From NCBI GenBank assembly GCA_001179505.1, contig CDMY01000460.1, forward strand, positions 8,166-72,165: a stretch of DNA of 64,000 nt, given 5' to 3'. Position numbers and translations under genes: made by a program. Shown piece after piece: positions 51,222 to 62,086 of the stretch; position 1 is the stretch's first letter, and the number at the start of each line of letters is the position of its first letter. Under the pieces are notes generated by a model. That model ran no database searches, was not told where the DNA came from, and was given only the letters and a program-made list of their open reading frames with translations. The stretch comes from Vitrella brassicaformis CCMP3155 (lineage: Eukaryota; Protista; Chromerida).

Positions 51222-53520
51222 GCCATAGTAGTCGCCGGCATTGTTGTGGATTTGGTCCATGTGAGGGCGAGGAGCAGGTGGACGAGCAATGAGCAGAGTT
51301 TGTAGGTGTCGCTCGACCGACTCACAGGACCAAAGTGGGCGCCGCCGCTGCTGCTGCTGGTGATGTTGTTGGGGACGTTTTTGCAGGGAGCACTTGTAGC
51401 CCCGTCTCGTCATCCGCTGATGGTCTGTGTGTGTGCTCGCGTATTTTGTGGTCGTCCCTTGCAGACACGGGGTCGCGATGAAAAGGGAGCAAATTCCTCT
51501 CGCGATACAAAATGTAGCCAGCGATATCTCCTGCAAAGACAAACAGACAGAGACACAAGGCTGGATCACCTGGAAGAGCTTTCTGTACCGTGAGTGCATT
51601 CATCCATCCATTTGCCTTTGGGCTGCTCCTCTCCTCACCATGGTGGACTCCTGCAGCGGTGGTGGTGGTGGTGGTGGGGCGTTGATGGTGGGGCTTCGAC
51701 GGCCTTGACCGTCGTGGGAGGGGGCTGGAGGGGTGACTCGGTGTCGGTGACGGGTCCGGGACAGCTCGAATTCGATCCACCTCGCTCCCAGCTCGCCCGC
51801 CACCCCACCCTGCACCGTGCTGGTCGGCCGCCACTGGATGAGGACGTTGTTGCCGCTGGTGTCGCCGTGCACCAGGCCGCTGTCGTCCCCCCGCACCGCT
51901 GGAGAAGATGTCGGCCAGGCCTTCGCGCAGCAACACTGCGAGCTGGCGGAAGTGGGAGCCCGTGACTCCCAGACGTGCCAGCGTAACCCGCAGGCGCCGC
52001 CTCCTGTTGAGGGGGTCGGGATCGGGATCGTCCTCGTCGTCGCTCTCGTCGCCGTCATCGGCCTCCTCGACCTCATCGTGATCCGCGTTGCCCTCGTCTC
52101 GCGGCTCCAGCAGCTTGGCCTCTGCGGCCAGCTTCGCACACTGCTCCGGGGTCAGGACCTCCTTCATTGGCACGCCTCGCGTCTCGCGCAGGTAGCGCTT
52201 CCTCCACTGGGCCATGTCCTCACCGGGTGACGCTGCAGGCAGGAGGGCAGCACATGACACACACATCATGCGATGCGATACGATACGCAATTGACGATAC
52301 GCTGTGCGCATAAACTCCTCGTGCATTGGTCTGAGCGATGTGTGTCTGTCTGTAGACCCACCTTTTGGCAGGGAAGATGACGGTCTGGGCCGGCGCAGCT
52401 CCTCCGCTACTACTGGTGGCAGAAAAAGCTGCATAACACAGAGCGAAATCCAACACACAGCGAAATCCATCCATCCATCCATTCACTGCTTTCTCTTTCC
52501 GGTCTGCGTATGGCGTTGGTCACTTACCGATTCGCTCTGCCATGTAAAAGAGCCCCCTCACTCCCAGCACGCCGTCCCTCGTGCCCGGCTGCTCCCCGCA
52601 GCGAATGGGAAAGAGGCCCGGCTCTCCATCCGCCCCCTTTAGGCCACCCCTTTGCCATGGCCGCACGTATGGCCGCCTGCCGTCGGCCGGCACCTCCCCG
52701 AAGGCCGTCAGGGTGGCTGTCAGGGTGCTGCGACGGGCGGCCAGCTGCTGCATGGCCGCCACTCCCCTCTTGACGGTCGCGCTCAGACGAAGGAGGTCAT
52801 CTGGGCTTAGCTCTGGAGTGCCCGGCGCGAAAAGGGAAAGAAGTTCCTCTCGTGATATAAAATGTAAACAGCGATGCCTACTGCAGACAAAGGGACAGAG
52901 AGGGACACAAGGCAGACACACATTCAGATCACTTGGACGTCCTCGTGTGCTGCAAATACCTTCTTTGTCTTCTGAGGGTGCCACTGACTGAAGGAGGTCT
53001 TGAGGGCTGAGCTCCGGAATGCCGGGCACCGTCTCCTCCTTCCTGTTGACGGTGGCCGTCACCGCCGCGATGCCTTTGGGCACCGGGCACTTCAGCACTA
53101 GCCTCCGCCCCGCCGACTTGCCCTCGGCGATGGCAAAGCTGTCGCTGTAGTGCAGCATGCGGCGGCCAGCCGTGCGAAAGCTGGAGAGGGTGGCCAGCGA
53201 ATCGACTGATATGGCCGCCGCATGCTGTGTGGGGGAAGCGGGGACGATTTGGGCGTGGGGCAGAAGGGGCGAGGAGCCGTCGGATGCCGCGCCCTCATCG
53301 TCCATGTCGGCCGCCGCTGGCGAGGCTGGTGCTGCTCGCGGTGGCGCTGGCGGGGTGGTGGTGGTCTTGTCCCCCTCCTCTGCCCCACTCGGCTCCTCGA
53401 GGCTGCCCTGGTGGTCGGCTGTGTGGCTGGCAGGTGCATCGGGCTCGACAACACGGTCGCATCTGAATGAACGAAGGCACAAAGGAAGCGACGCTAGATA
53501 TGCGAAAGCAAATCTCATTC
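51222..53520 (-). pseudogene. Kinase-family unit type B (N-lobe, linker exon, C-lobe) carrying two cassettes
   Basis: RRLVLKCPVP, VKRGVAAMQQL, VLGVRGLFYM, FLPPVVAEELRR, HGDTSGNNVL, IEFELS. There is a +1 indel at ~51890, and a ~60-nt deletion at ~52020 relative to the 50.8-kb copy. Confidence 0.8.
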
Positions 53521-53786
53521 ATTTGTGGTCTCGTCGGCTTACTGTCAGATGGCGGTTGAGGGCCAATGAGCTCCATGAACGCAACAGAGAGCTCCGCCCC
53601 CTTCCCAATCTGACGCTGGAACCCGGGGGCCGCGATGTCAATGAAAGAAATGAGACTCAGGATATAAAATGTAGCCAGCGATGTTTGCTGCACACACACA
53701 GACGGAGACACGAGGCTATGTCATTTGGAAGCTTTTGTGTATCCTGCATACCTTCGGGACTCATTGGTGCGTTCCTGTCCTCATCA

Positions 53787-55362
53787 TCACCAATGTCCTC
53801 CTACTTGCTCCACGAGCTCATGGGCGTCGAGAAGGGCCCTGTCCACTGACTGCAGCAACCAGGCGTGCCGCTTCTGGGCCTTCTCGATGGTCACCTTCGT
53901 CTTGGTCTCGGCGATGGCCTCTTGGAGGCTCGTGGCGGGGAGGTCGAACAGGTCGCGGACGGCTTCTGTCTCCTTCTCGAGTGGCGCCTCGAAGCGCTTC
54001 TTGAAGGTCGCGCCTCGGAAGAATGTCTGCCACTGGTTCGGCTTGTTGGTGTAGAGTGTGCCGTCCTTGTTGATCAGCCGGTCCATGTGTGGCGCCAGCA
54101 GCAGATGGGCGAGCAGCGAGGTCGCGCTCGCCCTTCTGGCCATGGAGGGTATCGATGAGGTCCCCGATGGAGACGGCGTCTGTCCATAGCTCGTCCAGCA
54201 CGGCGTCGTCGTCCTCCTCCTCCTCCTCCTCGTCGCTCTCGTCGTCATCGTCACCCTCGTTGTAGTCCAGCAGCTCCCTCCTGAGCTTGACGACGGCCGC
54301 TCTTCCGCCGGTGTAAGCTGCAAAAGGGCAGACAAACACACACAATACAATACAATACAATATGACGGTCACGAACCCGTTCGTTAATATGAGTGTCCTG
54401 TGTGTGTGCATGTAGGTGCATGTCATATCTCTGTCAACCCACCTGCTGTGAGTGGCTTCTTCCCGCGCTGACGCAGCTCCTCCTCGACTGCTGGTCGCAG
54501 CTGCTCCACTGCTGCCGGCGGCAGAAAAGCTGCATTACATGAACGGAAAGAAGGCAAAGTGGGATTCATGACGCAGGCATCTCCGGTTGTCCGGTAGGCT
54601 TACCTATGTATTTTGACATATAGAAGAACCCCCTCACGCCCACGACCTTCTTCTCAGAGCGACAGACCACCCTCACCGGGAAGCGCCCCGGCGCCCTCTC
54701 GGCGCTGCCCGCCCTCGTCCCCTTCGGCCACAGCCACTCGCGATCTGCCGGGATGGTGCCGGACGCCACCAGTGCGGACGCGAGCGTGCTGCGGCGCGCC
54801 GTCAGCTCGAGGATGGCCTTCACCTCCTGCAGCTGCTCCTCTGTGAGCTCGTCCAGCCCCTCAGGGACGGCGCATTTGAGGATGACGCGGCCGGCAGCCG
54901 AGTGGCCCTCCAGGATGGCGAAGTACTTGGGGCTGTGGTGGACGAGGCACCTTACGGAGGGGCGGAAGGTGGAGAGGATGGCCAGCGACGCCTCCTCTGA
55001 TGTGTCTGCCGCCTCCTGTGTGCGCGCGTCAGAGGCCGGTGCGTTGTGGATGTGGGGCAGCAGTGGCGAATAGCCGTCAGACGCACCGCCCTCGTCCTCG
55101 GTGTCGCCTTTCCATGACGATGCGCTTCGGCGTCTCCTCGCCGTTCGTGTCCTTCTGCTTGCCCTGCTCGTCGGCAGGAACAACAATCGCAGGAACAACA
55201 CACACACCTCAGATGCCGGCAGGCAAGGAAATGTCATTCATGAACACTGTTGTCTTTCCGGCTCACCGTCGGCTGAGGATTGAGGGAGAGCTTGAAGTGG
55301 GAGACATGCGGGGCTGCGTGGAAGAAGTCCTCTCGCGATATAAAATGTAGACAGCGATATCC
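53787..55362 (-). pseudogene. Kinase-family unit type A with the catalytic C-lobe core deleted
   Basis: The N-lobe (RVILKCAVP...VVGVRGFFYMSKYI) and tail (FEAPLEKETEAVR...HELVEQVGGHW*) match 59.6-61.8 kb. IDTLHGQKG is joined directly to SLLAHLLLAPHMD at ~54130. Confidence 0.85.
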
Positions 55363-55662
55363 NNNNNNNNNNNNNNNNNNNNNNNNNNNNNNNNNNNNNN
55401 NNNNNNNNNNNNNNNNNNNNNNNNNNNNNNNNNNNNNNNNNNNNNNNNNNNNNNNNNNNNNNNNNNNNNNNNNNNNNNNNNNNNNNNNNNNNNNNNNNNN
55501 NNNNNNNNNNNNNNNNNNNNNNNNNNNNNNNNNNNNNNNNNNNNNNNNNNNNNNNNNNNNNNNNNNNNNNNNNNNNNNNNNNNNNNNNNNNNNNNNNNNN
55601 NNNNNNNNNNNNNNNNNNNNNNNNNNNNNNNNNNNNNNNNNNNNNNNNNNNNNNNNNNNNNN
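55363..55662. other. Assembly gap (300 N)
   Basis: N run between a type B N-lobe and a type A unit. Confidence 1.
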
Positions 55663-55679
55663 CACACATCATACCATAC

Positions 55680-56960
55680 GATGCGATGCGATACGCTGTG
55701 CGCATAAACTCCTCGTGCATTGGTCTGAGCAGTAGGTGTCTGTGTGTAGACCCACCTTTTGGCAGGGAAGATGACGGTCTGGGCCGGCGCAGCTCCTCCG
55801 CTACTGCTGGTGGCAGAAAATCTTCATGACACACAGCGGAATCCGCCATCCAGCGAAATCCATCCATCCATTCATCCATTCACTGCCCTGTCTCCTTCTG
55901 GCCTGCGTGTGGCGTTGGTCACTTACCGATTCGCTCTGCCATGTAAAAGAGCCCCCTCACTCCCAGCACGCCGTCCCTCGTGCCCGGCTGCTCCCCGCAG
56001 CGAATGGGAAAGAGGCCCGGCTCTCCATCCGCCCCCTTTAGGCCACCCCTTTGCCATGGCCGCACGTATGGCCGCCTGCCGTCGGCCGGCACCTCCCCGA
56101 AGGCCGTCAGGGTGGCTGTCAGGGTGCTGCGACGGGCGGCCAGCTGCTGCATGGCCGCCACTCCCCTCTTGACGGTCGCGCTCAGACGAAGGAGGTCATC
56201 TGGGCTTAGCTCTGGAGTGCCCGGCGCGAACAGGGAAAGAAGTTCCTCTCGTGATATAAAAATGTAAACAGCGATGCCTACTGCAGACAAAGGGACAGAG
56301 AGGGACACAAGGCAGACACACATTCAGATCACTTGGACGTCCTCGTGTGCTGCGAATACCTTCCTTCTCTTCTGAGGGTGCCACTGACTGAAGGAGGTCT
56401 TGAGGGCTGAGCTCCGGAATGCCGGGCACCGTCTCTCCCTTCCTGTCGACGGTGGCCGTCACCGTCGCGATGCCTTTGGGCACCGGGCACTTCAGCACCA
56501 GCCTCCGCCCCGCCGACTTGCCCTCGGCGATGGCAACGCTGTCGCTGTAGTGCAGCATGCGGCGGCCAGCCGTGCGAAAGCTGGAGAGGGTGGCCAGCGA
56601 ATCGGCTGATATGGCCGCCGCATGCTGTGTGGGGGAAGCGGGGACGATTTGGGCGTGGGGCAGAAGAGGGGAGGAGCCGTCTGACGCAGCGCCCTCGTCC
56701 TCTGTGTCGCCATCCGCTGCTGCTGGTGATATGTGCGTGGGGCAGCAGGGGCGAGGAGCCGTCGGATGCCGCGCCCTCGTCGTCCATGTCGGCCGCCGCT
56801 GGCGAGGCTGGTGCTGCTCGCGGTGGCGCTGGCGGGATGGTGATGGTGCCGCCCAGCTGTGGGCCCTTCTCGCCCGTGTCCTCGCCGCACACGTGCTCCT
56901 CCTTGCCCTGCTGGTCGTCTGTGGCGTCAGCGGACGGCTGCACGACAACAGACTCACCTA
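55680..56960 (-). pseudogene. Kinase-family type B N-lobe, duplicate of 52.3-53.4 kb
   Basis: Near-identical to the 52.3-53.4 kb copy, with an extra nucleotide in the cassette core (GATATAAAAATG at 56253). Confidence 0.8.
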
Positions 56961-58200
56961 CAAACAACCAGAACAGAAGAACCACACACATGTCAGACGC
57001 AGGCAGGTAAGAAAATGTCATTCGTGCCTGGTCTTGCCGGCTCACCGATGGCGGGGGGCTGAGGGCCGATGAGCTCCCCGAATGCTCCGGAAAGCCCTGC
57101 CCTCTTCCCAGCCTCGTCGACAACAACTGAACTAGCCATAGCCCCAACACCACTGCTGCTGCGGCCCTGCTCTCCCTCCTCCTCGCCCATGCGGCTCGCG
57201 TCCTCCTTGGCCTGCCTTGACTCGTCCTTCTCGGCCACGTCTGTCTTGCCTGGGTCCCCTCCGGGCTGCTCTGAGTCTTCCGACTCGGCGGGTGACGGTG
57301 CGATGCTGCTCTGGGTCGGCGATGGCGGCGGTGAGTCTCATCGGGGCTGCTGGACTGGTGCCGTGGTCGTCTTGCCCCTGGTGGCAAAGTTGGCGGCGGC
57401 CGGCTCGCTGATGAGATCCTCCACTGCGATGGTATCGGCCGGCTCGCCAAATAAGTCCTCCACCGCGATGGTATCCTCCTGACCCTCCTCCCCCCCGACA
57501 ACGACCTCCACGCCAGACGCCCTGGCGGTCGGGTGTGAGGCCGGCAGCGACAGCAGGCTCGACAACAAGGTCGCCTGAACGGACGAAGGGACAAAGAAAA
57601 ACGAAACGCGTCAGATGCAGGCAGGCAAGCAAATCTCATTCTTGTGCGGTGGTGTCGGCTGACCGTCGGCGGGGGATTGAGGGCCGATGAGCTCCCCGGA
57701 CAACACCACTACCCACATCGACCATACTGCTGGTGCGATCGACAACAACAGGGCTACCCACACTGCTACTGCAACCGCTCCCTCATACTCTGTGTCGCCC
57801 TCCGCTGCTGCTGCTGCTGGTGCCGGCGTGACGATGCCTTCGCTAATCAAGGGGGCGCTCCTGTCCTCCGCGCCGCTCGACTCCTCCTTGCCCTGCTGGT
57901 CGTCTGTGGCGTCAGCGGTCGGCGGCACGACAACAAACTCACCTACAAACAACCAGAACAGAAGGAACAACACACATGTCAGATGCAGGCAGGTACTGAA
58001 ATGTAATTTGTGGATGGTCTTGCTGGCTCACGATGGCGGGGGGCTGAGGGCCGATGAGCTCGCCGAACGCTTCGGAAAGCTTCGCCCTCTCTCCAGCCTC
58101 GGCGACAACAACTGAACTAGCCATAGCCCCCACACCACTGCTACTGCGGCCCTTCTCTCCCTCCTCGTCGGCCGATTTGTCGCCCTCCTCTGCTGCTGTT
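56880..58200 (-). repeat. Reiterated linker exon/intron module (…ELIGPQ(P/S)PA(I/D)G | intron | E(S/F)VVV…ADATDDQQGKEE), 2-3 copies, plus a 30-nt DTIAVEDL duplication
   Basis: GAGGGCCGATGAGCTC at ~57060, ~57680 and ~58047. Paralogous introns and exons at 56880-57180 and 57880-58150. A related ELIGPQPP segment occurs at ~53555. Confidence 0.85.
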
Positions 58201-58410
58201 CTTCCTCGTGAGCACCGGCCTCCTCTTCTCTCGTCACGGCCCCGCCCCACGGCAAATCGGCAAAGACCCAAAGCCACACATGGTGTGTCTAGGTGGGCAT
58301 GCTGCCTGCGTACCGCGTTCCTTCATCCGACTAGCGAAGTCTAAGAAACTCTCCTCACAGACACGCGCCGGGGTCACGCCTGACACACACACGGCAATTC
58401 ATGGGTCCAC

Positions 58411-59460
58411 TCAATGATGCCCGTACGGATGCACCAAGCGTATACCATCGATGATAATAATCCAGCCATCGCAGCAGCACAGCAGTATGGGGATCTCGGC
58501 TCTCCCCAGGGGGTTGGCCGCCGTGTCCCGCGCCACCTCAGACCGGAAGACTACGAGCACATCGTGGTACATGTACGTGTATGGGGTACGCTGCTGGACG
58601 GCCTCCTGGTGGGGCTGGTCGCGCATCAGCAGCTCCACCACGTCCTGGTTCGACATGACGGCCTGGCGGGGGGCCACCTCGGTGATGGTCTCCATGTCCG
58701 CCGACAGGCCGTCGCCGAGCAGTCGGATGGCCTGGATGTGCGTCTCGGTGGGGCGGCCGTTGCCCATGAGGGCGACTTCTGTGGTCGCCAGCACCCCACA
58801 CACCTCTCCGGCCGACATGCTGCCCAGCAGGACTACGCGCTCCTCCATAGTATCCCCCTTCACCTGCACCAAAATACACGACACAGGGAGGGACCCAATG
58901 AATGAATCCTGAGAAACCCACATATCCCTCCCTCCCTCCCTCCCTCCCTCTTAGCACCTGAGCCAGACGTATGGCGTGGTAGTCGGTGGCGAGGTTGATG
59001 TACTCGCCGCACTCGCCCATCTCCTCCTTCTGCTGCCCGGGCGCGTCCAGAAAGAGGTGGTTGGGTGGTCTTGTACGGACAAGAATTGTCGTACAAGACC
59101 ACCCTCTCCCCATCCATGTCGACGTAGGCTTCAACGGGCCCCTGCCGGTCGAACTGGAGGGCGAGGTCGTCCTCTCCGTCCAGACTTGCTCTCCCTGCCG
59201 GCCCTCAGCGCCCTCCACACACACTCCAGCGCCCAGTCGAGTCCCCGCCGGCAAATAACACCTGCAGCCCTTCAAAGCCAGTGCAAAGCACACGACACAA
59301 CAGACCAGGGCCATGGATGGAAGAGTGTCTGCTTCAATGGTCTGTCTGTGCGCGCGTACATCGAGAAGATCATCGAGTACGTTGTTGTCCACAGGTGGGT
59401 GGCAATCTCATGGAACCCGGGCCGCGATGTCCATGAAAGAAATGAACCTCAGGATATAAA
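58411..59460 (-). pseudogene. Degenerate multi-exon coding region after the kinase tail, possibly a decayed phosphatase-like domain
   Basis: Begins with KIAAYILYPEVHFFH. Contains VLFAGGDS and ILLCCCDGW, weak echoes of the PP2C ANxGDS and xxxDG motifs. Several frame changes. Confidence 0.35.
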
Positions 59461-59587
59461 ATGTAGGCGGCAATCTTTGCTGCACACAAACGGACAGAGA
59501 CACGATGCTACGTCATTTGGAAGCTTTGTGTATCCTGCATACCTTCGCTACTCAAGGGGCCTGGGGGCGTTCCTGTCCTCGTCATCA

Positions 59588-61810
59588 CTAATGTCCTCCT
59601 ACTTGATCCATGAGCTCATGGACGTCGAGAAGGGCCCTGTCCACTGACTGCAGCAGCCGGGCGTGCCGCTTCTGGGCCTTCACGACGGTGCGGCTCTCAT
59701 CCGGGTGCTTGCTGATGTTGGCCGCCAGGTGCATGAGGATCCTGAGCGCCTCGGTCACCCTGGACTCGTCCACGGCCTTCATCATGACCGCGATGGCGTC
59801 GTCGATCGGCTTGTCACCCCCTGCGTGGTCGAGGACCACTTTGGTGCTCTCGGCGGGGAGGTCGAACAGCTTGCGGACGAGGTTTGTCTCCTTCTCGAGT
59901 GGCGCCTCGAAGCGCTTCTTAAAGGCCACTCGCATGGCCGAGCTTCGGCATCTTGCTGTAGCGTGTGCCGTCCTGGTTGGTCAGTTGGTCCATGTGTGGC
60001 GCCAGCAGCATGTGGGCAAGCAGCGAGCAGGTGGTGTATACGTCGCTCGACTTCCGCAATGGCCCGTACATCGGGCCGCTGCTGTCGCTGCTGCTGCCGT
60101 TGCTGCTGTCGCTGCTGCTGCCGCTGCTGGTGGGAATGGGTTCGCCGGGGGATGTGGTGGTGGCGGCGGCGAGCTCCCGCTTGGCGGCGCGACGGAGGCA
60201 CTCAACGCTTCTCAGGTTGGCGGCCGGGTCGTTGTGCGGAGGGTTGATGGGCGGCACAGGGACGTCGTTGACTGCTGTGCGAGTGGGGTCGAGGGGGGAC
60301 ACGTCGGTGTCGGTGATGGGCTGCGAGAGCTCCAGGTCGATCCACCTGGGCCCCAACTCGCCCTCTCCCCCACCCTCACCGGTGCCGCGCATCCGCCACT
60401 CCACCAACACATTCTCTGGGCTGGTGTCGCCATGGACGAGGTGGCAGGCGAACACCTCGGCCAGCGAGCGCAGCACTGACACGGCCAGCTGGCGGTAGTG
60501 CCTGCCCGTGACGCCCGGCCGCTTCAGGGTACTGTCAAAGCGCTCCATCTTACGGAGGGGGTCGCCCTTGTCCTCCTGGCCATGGAGGGTATCGATGAAG
60601 TCCCCGATGGAGCCGGCGTCTGTCCATAGCTCGTCCAGCACGGCGCGTCGTCGTCCTCCTCCTCCTCCTCGTCGCTCTCGTCGTCATCGTCAGGCAGCAG
60701 CTCCCTCCTGAGCTTGGCGACGGCCGCTCTTCCGCCGGTGTACGCTGCAAAAGGGCAGACAAACACACACACAATACAGTATGACGGTCACGAACTCGTT
60801 TGCTAATATGAGTGTCCTGTGTGTGTGCATGTAGGTGCATGTCATATCTCTGTTAACCCACCTGCTGGGGGTGGCTTCTTCACGCGCTGACGCAGCTCCT
60901 CCTCGACTGCTGGTCTCAGCTGCTCCACTGCTGCCGGCGGCAGAAAACCTGCATCACATGAACGGAAAGAAGGCAAAGTGGGATTCATGACGCAGGCATC
61001 GTTCTCCGGCTGTCCGGTAGGCTTACTTATGTATTTTGACATATAGAAGAACCCCCTCACGCCCACGACCTTCTTCTCAGAGCGACAGACCATCCTCACC
61101 GGGAAGCGCCCCGGCGCCTTCTCGGCGCTGCCCGCCCTCGTCCCCTTCGGCCACAGCCACTCGCGATCCGCCGGGATGGTGCCGGACGCCACCACTGGGG
61201 ACGCGAGCGTGCTGCGGCGCGCCGTCAGCTCGAGGATGGCCTTGGCCTCCTTCTGCAGGGTGGTGTTGTTGTCCTGCAGCTGCCCCTTTGTGAGCTTGCC
61301 CAGCCCCTCAGGGACGGCGCACTTGAGGATGACGCGACCGGCAGCCGAGTGGCCCTCCAGGATGGCGAAGTACTTGGGGCTGTGGTGGACGAGGCACCTT
61401 ACGGAGGGGCGGAAGGTGGAGAGGATGGCCAGCGACGCCTCCTCTGATGTGTCTGCCGCCTCCTGTGTGCGCGCGTCAGAGGCCGGTGCGTTGTGGATGT
61501 GGGGCAGCAGTGGCGAATAGCCGTCAGACGCACCGCCCTCGTCCTCGGTGTCGCCTTTCCATGACGATGCGCTTCGGCGTCTCCTCGCCGTTCGTGTCCT
61601 TCTGCTTGCCCTGCTCGTCGGCAGGAACAACAATCGCAGGAACAACACACACACCTCAGATGCCGGCAGGCAAGGAAATGTCATTCATGAACACTGTTGT
61701 CTTTCCGGCTCACCGTCGGCTGAGGATTGAGGGAGAGCTTGAAGTGGGAGACATGCGGGGCTGCGTGGAAGAAGTCCTCTCGCGATATAAAATGTAGACA
61801 GCGATATCCA
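59588..61810 (-). pseudogene. Most complete type A atypical kinase unit, two frameshifts
   Basis: RVILK, QKEAKAI, GFFYMSKY, acidic insert, LVHGDTSPENVLVEW, RWIDLELSQ, SSDVYTTCSLL, tail FEAPLEKE...HELMDQVGGH*. There is a +2 indel at ~60644 (GACGCGCCGTG vs GACGCCGTG in the 54-kb copy) and a frame break at ~59936. Confidence 0.85.
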
Positions 61811-62086
61811 CTGCAGACAAACAGACAGAGACACAAGGCCAGATCACCTGGAAGCTTTGTATACCGTGCATTCAGACCTGCCATCCATCCATTTGTCTTT
61901 GGGCTGCTCCTCTCCTCACCATCGCGGCGTCTGCGGACGGTGGTAGTAGTGGGGCCTTTTCTCTTTTGGCTGGTCACTGGTGTGGGGGAGATGGCACATG
62001 CTGCTGCCGGGCTCTGCTCGCCGAGTGTTTCAGCCTACACACAGACACGAAGATGCCGATGGAAAGGCCTGGATCCATCTCATTGT

